This document shows positions 38,852 to 48,020 of a DNA stretch of 64,000 nucleotides, piece by piece. Position numbers and translations under genes: made by a program. The notes under the pieces are model-generated. The model worked only from the letters and a program-made list of their open reading frames with translations. It was not told the origin of the DNA and ran no database searches. Positions within the stretch are counted from its first letter, which is position 1. Each line of letters opens with the position of its first letter. Origin of the DNA: Candidatus Parcubacteria bacterium (lineage in GTDB: Bacteria; Patescibacteriota; Minisyncoccia; Phycocordibacterales; UBA6065); NCBI GenBank assembly GCA_039796155.1, contig JBDKKJ010000002.1, positions 31,365-95,364 of the forward strand, written 5' to 3'.

Positions 38852-39115
38852 ATGCCAATCACATCAAGCGCAAAAAAAGCTCTCCGAGCATCAAAGCACA
38901 AGCGAGTATTTAATATTCGACACCGCGATGCAGTTTCTGAAGTAACCAAGCAGGTTAAGAAACTCGCAAAGGAAGGTAAGAAGGCAGAAGCAATGAAGCT
39001 CCTCCCTCAGGCTTACAGCGAGATCGACAAGTCTGCAAAGACTGGTTTCATCAAAGCAAACACTGCTTCACGAACAAAGTCTCGACTCTCAGCTCTCGTA
39101 AAGAAGGTAAAATAA
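38852..39115 (+). CDS. rpsT: 30S ribosomal protein S20
   Basis: SAKKALR...IDK.AK.G.I..N.ASR.KSRL. Confidence 0.96.
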   Translation: MPITSSAKKALRASKHKRVFNIRHRDAVSEVTKQVKKLAKEGKKAEAMKLLPQAYSEIDKSAKTGFIKANTASRTKSRLSALVKKVK

Positions 39116-39149
39116 CAAAAAATCCCCGAAAGGGGATTTTTTGTTGAGA

Positions 39150-39491
39150 CTACTTGGAGAAGAAAGTCACGTAAAGATATATGCCTCCAATGAAGATGCC
39201 GATAACAATGAGTGGGAACCAGGTATAAATAGTAGAAACGAGAGGAGATACATTTTTGTGATTCACGTGAGGCGTGGAAGGTATTCCGCTAATAATTTCT
39301 TTTGCTTTATCCACTTGATCTTCTTCCACAAATACAGAGTAACCAACATTTGGTCCTCGTAAGACGGGATGACTTCCAGGGATACTATTATTTCCGGGAG
39401 CTATTGAAGCACCTATACCAGCACTTTCGAGCAAACCCTTTATAACGCTCGCGTCCATTTCGCTTGACGTCGAGGTGATTTTCATTTTCAT
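39150..39491 (-). CDS. DUF2007-like small membrane protein
   Basis: A..IKGLLESAGI...V.V.E.....A.EI plus C-terminal TM. Confidence 0.6.
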   Translation of the reverse strand: MKMKITSTSSEMDASVIKGLLESAGIGASIAPGNNSIPGSHPVLRGPNVGYSVFVEEDQVDKAKEIISGIPSTPHVNHKNVSPLVSTIYTWFPLIVIGIFIGGIYLYVTFFSK

Positions 39492-39492
39492 A

Positions 39493-39567
39493 TGGTGCTC
39501 CTGATAGGAATCGAACCTATATTTCTCCCTTCGCAGGGGAGTGTCCTATCCATTGAACGACAAGAGC
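39493..39567 (-). tRNA. tRNA-Arg(GCG)
   Basis: Reverse complement: GCTCTTG...CTCCC-CT-GCG-AA-GGGAG...TTCGATT...CAGGAGC-A-CCA. Confidence 0.9.
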
Positions 39568-39618
39568 ATTGCCCTAACTTACACGAAAAACCCCAAAAAT
39601 AAAAGCTTTTAGTCGAAA

Positions 39619-40083
39619 CTAAAACCCGAGTCTCTCAAGGATTGTGTGTAGTGCTCCTTGATCAAATGTGTCCTCTCTAAGATGTTCAGCAAGAAATACC
39701 TGCAGGTCTTCAGAACTCTGTCCTGCGAGTGGAATGGTAACGAGAGGCATGACAACTTTTTTTGACTTAAGAAAGAGGCGGGCTCCTTGAGGGTTTTCAG
39801 TATCAATACCAAATGCATCGAGAGAGTTAAAAGGGTAGAGCATCTTGTCGACACGTATACCCTTGTCTGTAATTTCTACTTTTAACGTATTTGGTTTTCG
39901 TAGGGTAAAGAGGGTGAGGCTAAAGACGCCAATCGCAAGAACGATTGCAAAGAGGAAATTACCAAAAATCATAGAGGTAATGACGAGAGCACCTGTTATA
40001 ATACCAACGGTCCAGTACCAATCAGAGGTCTTTGGAGCGTGAATGTATTCAGGTGTCTGCCATGAAAAAGTTTTCATGGACAT
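39619..40083 (-). CDS. conserved hypothetical membrane protein
   Basis: W..PEY...K..DWYW plus two TMs. Confidence 0.7.
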   Translation of the reverse strand: MSMKTFSWQTPEYIHAPKTSDWYWTVGIITGALVITSMIFGNFLFAIVLAIGVFSLTLFTLRKPNTLKVEITDKGIRVDKMLYPFNSLDAFGIDTENPQGARLFLKSKKVVMPLVTIPLAGQSSEDLQVFLAEHLREDTFDQGALHTILERLGF

Positions 40084-40151
40084 CAGTATACCATTAGCTT
40101 TTTGCGAAAGCCTTTGATGTTTTTCCAACTTTAGTGTACTTTATAACCCAC

Positions 40152-40238
40152 GGATGGGTGCCAGAGTGGTCTAATGGAACAGTCTTGAAAACTGTCGCCT
40201 TCGAAAGGGGGCCGTGAGTTCGAATCTCACCCCATCCG
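40152..40238 (+). tRNA. tRNA-Ser(TGA)
   Basis: GGATGGG/CCCATCC acceptor, ACAGT-CT-TGA-AA-ACTGT, long variable arm. Confidence 0.93.
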
Positions 40239-40242
40239 CACA

Positions 40243-40644
40243 ATGCGTCTTCTTGGAATTGATTACGGTAAAAAAAGAGTGGGAGTAGCTCTCACCGATG
40301 ATAAAGGCCTCATGGCATTTCCAAAGGCTGTTTTGCCGAACGATAATTTTCTCATTAGTGAGCTTCGAGATATGGTTAAGAACCAAGGTGTTTCTTGTAT
40401 TGTAATTGGCGAGTCCAAAGACTTTAAAATGATTGATAATCCAATCATGTCGCAGATAAAGCTGTTTAAAGATCAGCTCGAGCTCGCGACAAAGGTAGAG
40501 GTGCTCTATGAACCAGAAATGCTGTCATCGCATCAAGCGACACATTTCCAAGGAAAGAACGCTATGATAGATGCATCAGCTGCCGCCATTATTCTTCAGA
40601 GCTATATAGACCGTACAATGGAGTCACAGGGTAATCGAACATAA
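40243..40644 (+). CDS. ruvX: YqgF/RuvX pre-16S rRNA nuclease
   Basis: LGIDYG.KRVGVA..D; D..AA.IILQ.Y. Confidence 0.9.
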   Translation: MRLLGIDYGKKRVGVALTDDKGLMAFPKAVLPNDNFLISELRDMVKNQGVSCIVIGESKDFKMIDNPIMSQIKLFKDQLELATKVEVLYEPEMLSSHQATHFQGKNAMIDASAAAIILQSYIDRTMESQGNRT

Positions 40645-40649
40645 AATTT

Positions 40650-41063
40650 ATGATTTCATACGATGATTTTTCAAAGGTAGAGATAAAAGCAGGAAAGATT
40701 CTTTCTGCAGAAAAAATTCCTGAGACTGACAAGCTTTTAAAGCTCTCGGTGGATTTTGGCGTAATTGAAGTTCCTGTAGTGCCGGCGCCGGTAATCGTCC
40801 CTGGCGCAGAAGTCACTGCGGTTGCCCCGGCGCCGGCCGAACCACGACGTGATATTCGCCAAATTGTTTCAGGTATCTCAATGTACTTTCCTGAGCCTGC
40901 AACTTTGATAGGGAAGACATGTATGTTTGTTACCAACCTTGAACCACGAAAGATAAAAGGCTACGAATCAAATGGAATGCTTTTTGCGCTTTCTACTAAA
41001 GACGGAAAGTTTTCACTTCTTGAACCAAACAAAGACATTCCAGAGGGAACAAGAGCGTATTAG
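40650..41063 (+). CDS. stand-alone tRNA-binding OB-fold (Trbp111/MetG C-terminal-like)
   Basis: DDF.KVEI..GKI, DKLL.L.VDFG, RQIVSGI, NL.PR...G..S.GM. Confidence 0.85.
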   Translation: MISYDDFSKVEIKAGKILSAEKIPETDKLLKLSVDFGVIEVPVVPAPVIVPGAEVTAVAPAPAEPRRDIRQIVSGISMYFPEPATLIGKTCMFVTNLEPRKIKGYESNGMLFALSTKDGKFSLLEPNKDIPEGTRAY

Positions 41064-41159
41064 GCGCGCGACAAAAGCGGCTTGCTTTTTCCTAATAATC
41101 ATGTACTATATGCCTACCAAGCCCCTCGGGGCTGCTTTTATTAAGAAAAATTCCAATAT

Positions 41160-41345
41160 ATGAAATTAGGAGAATATCTAAAGGAAACACGGAACGAAAT
41201 GAAGCACATGAACTGGCCTTCAAAGAGCCAGGCTATGAATTACACATTCCTAGTAATCGGTCTCTCAGTTGTTACCGCTCTTGTCCTCGCTCTCGCTGAC
41301 TACGTTTTTTCTCTCGGTATCGAAAAGTTCATTCTTAATAACTAA
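41160..41345 (+). CDS. secE: preprotein translocase SecE
   Basis: E.K...WP plus one TM; upstream of nusG. Confidence 0.92.
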   Translation: MKLGEYLKETRNEMKHMNWPSKSQAMNYTFLVIGLSVVTALVLALADYVFSLGIEKFILNN

Positions 41346-41362
41346 CCTCTACTTTATTTACT

Positions 41363-41908
41363 ATGTCTAAACAGCAAACAGGCGGAGAGCGACACTGGTA
41401 CGCGATCCACACATACGCAGGATACGAAAATGCAGTTGCTCGAAATCTTCGACAGCGCATCGACTCTCTCAACATGCAGGACAAAATCTTTAATGTTCTC
41501 GTCCCTACAGAAACAAAGATAAAGGTGAAGGGAGGTAAGCGTGTTGAAGAAGAAGAAAAGATCTTCCCTGGATATATTCTTGTAGAGATGGTTGTGAGTG
41601 ATGAATCATGGTTCGTGGTTCGAAACACTCCTCGTGTTACAGGATTCGTTGGTTCAGGTGTTCACCCAGTTCCTCTCAATCAGAAAGAAATTGATCAGCT
41701 CATGGGACGAATGGATCAGACTACTGTTAAGCACACTATTGATCTCGCTCTCGATGATGCAGTCAAGATTGCAGACGGCCCATTCAAGGACATGGAAGGT
41801 AAAGTTTCAGAAGTTGATAGCGAGAGAGGTAAGGTAAAGGTGTTGGTAGCAATGTTCGGTCGCGAAACTCCTGTCGAACTCGATTTCTTGCAAGTTAAGA
41901 AGCTTTAA
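41363..41908 (+). CDS. nusG: transcription factor NusG
   Basis: WY..HTY.GYE, FPGY.LV, VRNTP.VTGF, MFGRETPVEL. Confidence 0.97.
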   Translation: MSKQQTGGERHWYAIHTYAGYENAVARNLRQRIDSLNMQDKIFNVLVPTETKIKVKGGKRVEEEEKIFPGYILVEMVVSDESWFVVRNTPRVTGFVGSGVHPVPLNQKEIDQLMGRMDQTTVKHTIDLALDDAVKIADGPFKDMEGKVSEVDSERGKVKVLVAMFGRETPVELDFLQVKKL

Positions 41909-41925
41909 TATAATCTACAAATACT

Positions 41926-42348
41926 ATGGCAAAGAAAGTAACAAAAATGCTCAAGCTTCAGATTCCAGGCGGTAAAGCCGTTCCTGGACAGGCTTTGGGA
42001 CCAGCACTCGGTTCTGCAGGTATTAACATTGGTGAATTCGTAAAGCGTTTCAACAGTGAAACAGCAACTCGAGTGGGTGAGATTGTTCCAACAATCATCG
42101 AAGTGTTCGATGATCGAAGCTACAAGATGACCTACAAGACCGAACCAGCATCAAAGATGATTCTCAAGGTTTTAGGTAAAGAATTAGGTTCAGGTAAGCC
42201 AAATACCGTAAAGGTAGGTACTCTTACAAAAGCTCAGGTAAAGACAATCGCAGAAAAGAAACTTCCTGACTTGAACACAACAGAGATTACCGCAGCAATG
42301 AAAATGATAGAGGGGACTGCCCGAAACATGGGAGTTGAGGTAAAATAA
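41926..42348 (+). CDS. rplK: 50S ribosomal protein L11
   Basis: LGPALG..GINI.EF...FN; GTARNMGV. Confidence 0.97.
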   Translation: MAKKVTKMLKLQIPGGKAVPGQALGPALGSAGINIGEFVKRFNSETATRVGEIVPTIIEVFDDRSYKMTYKTEPASKMILKVLGKELGSGKPNTVKVGTLTKAQVKTIAEKKLPDLNTTEITAAMKMIEGTARNMGVEVK

Positions 42349-42449
42349 ACAACAGAGCAAAACCCGCACGTGTGCGGGTTTTGCATTTGTAGTCATTTCA
42401 AGTAGTATCGAACCATAATTCCTCAACCACAACCTACGCTCCTCCAACG

Positions 42450-42926
42450 ATGAGTAATGAAAAGTATTGTGTTCACTTTGGTTATAAACTGATCAACGCT
42501 ACGCTGGCGTTTTTAAAGAAAATGGCTGAACTGAAAATGTTTCTCAAAAGCCAATTGCCTGAATGCGAGTTTCTGGAAATCTTGGAAGTTGTAGACGTCA
42601 CCGCAGGTGACGTCTACAAGAAAAACATAAGTGAAAACGTAGCGATCTGTGATCTCTTTATCGTATTTATCGACGAAGAGTCTACGGGTGCGGGTATTGA
42701 GTTTGGCGCTGCTCTCTACGGCTACGGTAAACCAGTCTTGGTTCTCGCCACTGAAGGCTTGAAAGTGTCTTGGTTGTGCCTCGGCGCAGAAGAGCACCAT
42801 TCAGAGCAGATCATGGTTTCGCGAGTTGTCAGTCCCATAAGTGTGGTGATAGCTATTCGCGAAGCAATCAAAGCCTTTAAGCTTGATACCGAAAATCCTG
42901 CAAGATTTCAAGGCCGTTATACCTAG
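42450..42926 (+). CDS. nucleoside 2-deoxyribosyltransferase/DNPH1-like protein
   Basis: CDLFIV....STGAGIEFGAA....KPVLVL. Confidence 0.65.
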   Translation: MSNEKYCVHFGYKLINATLAFLKKMAELKMFLKSQLPECEFLEILEVVDVTAGDVYKKNISENVAICDLFIVFIDEESTGAGIEFGAALYGYGKPVLVLATEGLKVSWLCLGAEEHHSEQIMVSRVVSPISVVIAIREAIKAFKLDTENPARFQGRYT

Positions 42927-43009
42927 GGCTGATCAGAACCTCGCTCCGCGCTTTGCGCGGGGCTTTTTTATGCCGTGGACATCTTTTCTTAAAGGAATAT
43001 ACTTTCGAT

Positions 43010-43540
43010 ATGCCAAAACACATTCCAAAAAAAGAAACTGTTCCGCACCTTGCGAACCCGCACATCCGCCCGTCGTGGGATGAATACTTTACCAAAATCT
43101 CAGAAGTGGTGGGGGAACGAGCGACCTGTGATCGTGGACGTTCTGGGTGTGTGATTGTTAAAGATAAAAGAATCCTTGTAACAGGATACGTTGGTGCTCC
43201 GGCTGGTGTAAAACACTGTGATGAAATGGGTCATGAAATGCATACGGTTGTTCAAGAAGATGGCACACAGTCGAAGCACTGCATCCGTACAACTCACGCT
43301 GAACAAAACGCTATAGCCAACGCAGCTCGAGAGGGTGTACCGGTAAACGGAGCAACTCTGTATTGCCATATGACACCGTGCTATACCTGTGCAAAGATTC
43401 TCATCAATTCAGGTATTACCCGAGTGGTTTCAGCAAAGGACTACCACGCATCAAAGCGCAGTAAAGAAGTTTTCAAAGAAGCTGGTGTGGCTCTCGATAT
43501 ATTAAATTCTGAAGTAGAGACGTATAAGAATATGAAATAA
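43010..43540 (+). CDS. dCMP deaminase-family protein
   Basis: RPSWDEYF, HAEQNA, PC..C. Confidence 0.92.
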   Translation: MPKHIPKKETVPHLANPHIRPSWDEYFTKISEVVGERATCDRGRSGCVIVKDKRILVTGYVGAPAGVKHCDEMGHEMHTVVQEDGTQSKHCIRTTHAEQNAIANAAREGVPVNGATLYCHMTPCYTCAKILINSGITRVVSAKDYHASKRSKEVFKEAGVALDILNSEVETYKNMK

Positions 43541-43553
43541 AAAAGCCACCTCT

Positions 43554-44042
43554 TTAAGAAGGGGTGGCGGGTTGAAGTGTGAGTGCGAGTTCGTCTTGCA
43601 CTTCGCGCGGAGTGACGTCGGCGAGGGCGGCTTCAATCGCAGGCTTCATATCGTCGAAGTCGTTAAACGGCATGATGTTGGCGCCAACTTTTTTGAGGCA
43701 GTCAGACGCGTAACGGCTGACCCTGACGCCTTGTTTTGCGAAAGCGACGACCGCTTTACCCGAGCGCTCGACACGATTGACCACTTCACCACCACGGCCA
43801 TCTGAGCCTTCGTTGGTGAGATAGAGTGCGATCATGAGATCGGACCCCAAAACTTTTTCGGTGTCGAATTCGTAGATATCGGCGACGGGCTCCGGTGTCC
43901 AAGTTTCCGTGTTGAAAGCCCAACGGAGAAGGGTAATGTCGAATGTTGTTTCGAGCCAGGAGAGAAATCTCCTGACGGCATCTTTTTCCTCGTCCGTGCG
44001 GACGTGACTAAGCGAGAGTGCAACGTAGACGGTTGGTTTCAT
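43554..44042 (-). CDS. second nucleoside 2-deoxyribosyltransferase-like protein
   Basis: VYVA, IYEFD...V..SDLMIA, SDGRGGE, K.VVAF. Confidence 0.55.
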   Translation of the reverse strand: MKPTVYVALSLSHVRTDEEKDAVRRFLSWLETTFDITLLRWAFNTETWTPEPVADIYEFDTEKVLGSDLMIALYLTNEGSDGRGGEVVNRVERSGKAVVAFAKQGVRVSRYASDCLKKVGANIMPFNDFDDMKPAIEAALADVTPREVQDELALTLQPATPS

Positions 44043-44147
44043 CTTTGAATCCTCTTTGTTTGGTTTACTGTTTCTATAAAAATGTATATGAGTTCGTGGG
44101 GTGAGTCAATAAAAAATCTCGAGTATGACTCGAGATTTTTTATATGT

Positions 44148-45437
44148 CTAATTCTTTTTTACTATATCCTGCGCTCCTCGTTTGATATTCCATGTACCAG
44201 GGCTTGTATCATGGTGCATTGCGATACCAGGAACTGATTTTTTAATAGCATCACCCATACGCTGTGCTTCGATGCGAAGTGTCGGGTGAACAGTGTCTGA
44301 TGACCTCAATTCTGCGATATACACCGCTGAAGGGAGGGAACACGACATCTTTACAGTTACGGTATAACCCATGGCTGTATAGTACTGTTTTACTTCTTTA
44401 GGGGCCTTTAGCTTTGCGATGCGGGCCTTCTGAGCTTTAAGTACAGCAAGAGCTTCTTTTTTAAGCTCAGGTGTGAGCTGTTCGAGGTACCAAGGGTGGA
44501 AACCATGCTTGGTTGTGAGAAGTGGCATTTCCTGAATAGCACTGCGCTGTCGCTGAAGGTCACGGTACGAGCCAAAGTCGAGAGGGAATGAGAACACCAT
44601 GTCACCGTACTGGCGGAATCGCTGATGGAGTTCTGCTTTTGGTGGGCGGCTCGAAAGAAGTTTTTTGTGTTTCTTGAGTCCCGCGATGTCGAGTCGACCT
44701 TTGTAGGTAAATTTCTTTATTGAAGCATCATCAAAGTATGCAAACTCTTTGATTGATTTCTCAACGTAAGCTTCTTCAACAGGATATTCCTTGTGAAGAA
44801 AGCTTGATGAATATTTTGCCTGAAGTGATTTCATAATTTCACCTGCGGTGTCGCGTGCTTCAGCGAGAGGGTGGTGGCGCATTTCTTTGAGATGGTCAGC
44901 AGCCTGACGGAGGTTTGTGTGCCAGCTTGCGAATGTGGTTGCTCCTGCTGGGAGGAATCCGCGAGCAATATCAAAAGCGCGAGCTTTGATGGCTTTTTCG
45001 TATACCTTTTCATTGTCCCCGTCTTTCATAGGGAAGCGAACCTTGAGGCTTGGTACAAGCGCGTCAAGAATGTGTGTATAAAATCGCATCCATTCATCCT
45101 GAATTGTTTTACCTTCAGTAGATCTGAGGGGATTGAGCACTTCTTGCTTTGACATATCGAGGTAGCGAGTAGAAGCTTCCTGTCCGTTGTAGAGCGCCCA
45201 GTCTTGAACTGCTTTAGCAACGAGCATACTGACGTTTTCCACAAAGATAGAAGTGGTTCCACAATCTCCGATAGATTTGTGACCGTAGCCGACATAGTAC
45301 GAAGCCATAAATTTTTCTGCTCCGGATTTTCGGACAACTTCGAGGTGCTCTGTTACTGACTTTGGACTTCGTGAATAAAGGGCCTGAAGCATTGCATTTG
45401 CCTCAGGAGCTATGTCGTCAACGATTATGATTTTCAT
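44148..45437 (-). CDS. thyX: FAD-dependent thymidylate synthase (tandem ThyX-like)
   Basis: YSRS, YGH.SI, E.STRY, FD.AR..LP, RDLQRQR, ELRS...HP. Confidence 0.8.
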   Translation of the reverse strand: MKIIIVDDIAPEANAMLQALYSRSPKSVTEHLEVVRKSGAEKFMASYYVGYGHKSIGDCGTTSIFVENVSMLVAKAVQDWALYNGQEASTRYLDMSKQEVLNPLRSTEGKTIQDEWMRFYTHILDALVPSLKVRFPMKDGDNEKVYEKAIKARAFDIARGFLPAGATTFASWHTNLRQAADHLKEMRHHPLAEARDTAGEIMKSLQAKYSSSFLHKEYPVEEAYVEKSIKEFAYFDDASIKKFTYKGRLDIAGLKKHKKLLSSRPPKAELHQRFRQYGDMVFSFPLDFGSYRDLQRQRSAIQEMPLLTTKHGFHPWYLEQLTPELKKEALAVLKAQKARIAKLKAPKEVKQYYTAMGYTVTVKMSCSLPSAVYIAELRSSDTVHPTLRIEAQRMGDAIKKSVPGIAMHHDTSPGTWNIKRGAQDIVKKN

Positions 45438-45571
45438 AAAGTTATTGTATATCGCGGTGGGAAAAGAAAAAAGCAGTTTACTTTTTTAAGACACGCTATC
45501 GGCATATAGACAATAATGCTCTAAAAAAGACCGCATGCTATAGTTTTTTAGACCAATTAATCTCTATACCC

Positions 45572-46747
45572 ATGAAAGACAAACAGATCGAAAAATTGAT
45601 TAAAGCAGAGAAGGCCCGACAGAAGAGTGTGGTGAACCTTATTGCCTCTGAAAACTATGTTTCTCAAGATGTCCTCGATGCTCTCGGTTCAGAACTTACC
45701 AACAAGTATGCAGAAGGATATTCAGGTAAACGATACTATGGTGGAAATGTTGTTATTGATAAAGTAGAAGATCTCGCGGGGGAACGAGCACTCAAACTTT
45801 TTGGTCTCAAACCAACCGAGTGGCATGTAAACACTCAGGCTCTTTCTGGCTCACCAGCAAACTTCGCTGTCTATGTGGGTCTTTTGGAAAAAGGCGACAA
45901 GGTGATGGGTATGTCGCTTGATCATGGTGGACACCTTACTCACGGACACAAAGTGTCTGCTACAGGAAAGTTTTTCACACAGGTTCCATTCGGAGTTTCA
46001 AAAGATACTGAAGTTTTGGATTACGATAATCTCCTTGATATCGCTCTTCGCGAAAAGCCAAAAATGATTATTGCCGGATTCACAGCATATCCTCGAGTAA
46101 TTGATTGGAAAAAGTTTAAAGAAATTGCTGAGGCGTGTGGGGCATACCTCATGGTTGATATGTCGCACATTTCTGGGCTCGTTGCGGGTGGGGTATATCC
46201 ATCACCGTTTCCATATGCTGATATTGTGACCACAACAACTCACAAAACTCTCCGAGGTCCTCGAGGCGCTCTCATTTTTTCTCGCATTGATGCTCGCGAA
46301 TTGTATAAAAAGATTGATAAAGCGGTATTTCCTGGTCTTCAGGGTGGTCCACACATGAATCAGACAGCGGCTATTGCTGTAGCTCTTAAAGAAGCAGTGA
46401 CTCCTGCCTTTAAAAAATATGCAAAACAGATTGTAAAAAATGCTGCTGCTCTCGCTCACGAACTTTCAAAACTCGGTTGGAGAATCATTTCAGGAGGTAC
46501 CGATAGTCACCTCATCCTTGTTGATGTGTGGATGGATGGCAAAGGTATGGGTGGTAAAGAAGCTAATGACAAACTTGAAGCAGCAGGAATCATTGTGAAT
46601 AAGAATGGAATTCCGTACGACACTCGTTCTCCAATTGATCCATCAGGAATCAGACTTGGTACAGCGGGGGAGACAACACGCGGACGTAAAGAAAAGGATA
46701 TGGTGGCACTCGCACGCAAGATTGATAAGGTGCTTCGCAAAAAATAA
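45572..46747 (+). CDS. glyA: serine hydroxymethyltransferase
   Basis: LIASEN, NKYAEGY, GGHLTHG, TTTHKTLRGPRG. Confidence 0.97.
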   Translation: MKDKQIEKLIKAEKARQKSVVNLIASENYVSQDVLDALGSELTNKYAEGYSGKRYYGGNVVIDKVEDLAGERALKLFGLKPTEWHVNTQALSGSPANFAVYVGLLEKGDKVMGMSLDHGGHLTHGHKVSATGKFFTQVPFGVSKDTEVLDYDNLLDIALREKPKMIIAGFTAYPRVIDWKKFKEIAEACGAYLMVDMSHISGLVAGGVYPSPFPYADIVTTTTHKTLRGPRGALIFSRIDARELYKKIDKAVFPGLQGGPHMNQTAAIAVALKEAVTPAFKKYAKQIVKNAAALAHELSKLGWRIISGGTDSHLILVDVWMDGKGMGGKEANDKLEAAGIIVNKNGIPYDTRSPIDPSGIRLGTAGETTRGRKEKDMVALARKIDKVLRKK

Positions 46748-46774
46748 TTACGGGATATACTCAGTACGGATATT

Positions 46775-47488
46775 ATGAAAACACTTCTCCAAACAATCTT
46801 CGCGTTATTCTCTAAGAAGAGGAAGAAAGGTGTTTTGATAGTCGTTGATGGTGGTGATGGTTCTGGTAAAGCAACACAAACAAAGCTTCTGCTCGAGAGG
46901 ATTGCTCGTATGCGCAAAGCACAGACGACTGATTTTCCAAGGTATAACACAAACCACCTTGGAGGACTTATTCGTGAATGTCTTGATGGCAAGCGAGGCA
47001 ACTTCATTGCTCTCGATTCACGAATCGCTTCTGTGCTCTATGCAGCCGATCGTTTTGAAACACTTCCGATGATTCGAAAGTGGCTCGAAGAGGGCAATGT
47101 TGTGATACTCGATCGTTATGTGAGCGCTAACCAGATTCATCAGGGTGGCAAGATTCAGGATCCGGAAGCTCGCCAAGAATTTCTCTCATGGCTCGACAAG
47201 CTTGAGTTTGAAATTTTTGGTCTGCCTCGTCCTGACATCATTGTGTATCTTCACGTGCCGGTAGAAATTTCGGTTGAATTAGCACGAGCGCGTGCGGCCG
47301 AAAAGGGTCAGGCGCCTGACAGTGCCGAAAAAGATACACGACATCAGCTCGAATCTCAGCAGAGTGCTCTCGCCATTGTGAAGGGAGCAAATAACTGGGT
47401 AAAAGTTGAGTGCGCACCAGAAGGAAAGCTTCTTTCTCGGGAAGCTATTCACGAAAATATATTCAACGCTATTAAACATTTGATCTAG
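46775..47488 (+). CDS. tmk: thymidylate kinase
   Basis: DG.DGSGK.TQ, LYAADR, DRY..AN..HQ, PD. Confidence 0.88.
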   Translation: MKTLLQTIFALFSKKRKKGVLIVVDGGDGSGKATQTKLLLERIARMRKAQTTDFPRYNTNHLGGLIRECLDGKRGNFIALDSRIASVLYAADRFETLPMIRKWLEEGNVVILDRYVSANQIHQGGKIQDPEARQEFLSWLDKLEFEIFGLPRPDIIVYLHVPVEISVELARARAAEKGQAPDSAEKDTRHQLESQQSALAIVKGANNWVKVECAPEGKLLSREAIHENIFNAIKHLI

Positions 47489-47565
47489 ATTTGCCCGCGA
47501 CCTTCAGTCGCGGGCTTTTTTGTTCGTTCCCTTGTGGATTGAGGCGGTTTCTATATACTGGATAT

Positions 47566-48000
47566 ATGAGAAAGACACTCAAGGTAGTAAGGATTTCTGA
47601 CAAGGTTCCGGCGCCAAGTTTTGGAATAAAAGGTGATGCCGGCTTTGACCTTTTTGTGAGTGAGCGGCTCACTATCGAATCTATGGGCAGAGCTTCTATT
47701 AACACCGGCTACAAAATGGAAATTCCAAAAGGTTGCACGGGTATTATTTACGAAAAAAGCGGGCTTTCTTTCAAACACGGAATTATTACTTATGGAAATG
47801 TTATTGATTCAGGATACCGCGGGGAAGTGCACGTTGGAGTTTTTAATCTCAGCAAAGAGCCTTATACGTTTGAACCGGGTCACAAAGTGGCTCAGATGAT
47901 TATCCACTCATATGAAGATGTGAAGTTTAAGGAGGTAAAGGAAGAAGATTTATCGAAGTCAGATCGGGGAGACAGAGGTTTTGGAAGCACTGGAAAGTAA
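47566..48000 (+). CDS. dut: dUTPase
   Basis: AGFDL, KSGL, IDSGYRGE, AQM, RG..GFGSTG. Confidence 0.95.
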   Translation: MRKTLKVVRISDKVPAPSFGIKGDAGFDLFVSERLTIESMGRASINTGYKMEIPKGCTGIIYEKSGLSFKHGIITYGNVIDSGYRGEVHVGVFNLSKEPYTFEPGHKVAQMIIHSYEDVKFKEVKEEDLSKSDRGDRGFGSTGK

Positions 48001-48020
48001 TTTTCAAACGTATACACATT

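Noticed and set aside
14401-42383. Similar GCAC/GTGC-core hairpins at 14401, 18281, 21701 and 42358 as a repeat family
   Set aside because: All sit at gene or transcript ends with A/T tails; ordinary terminators
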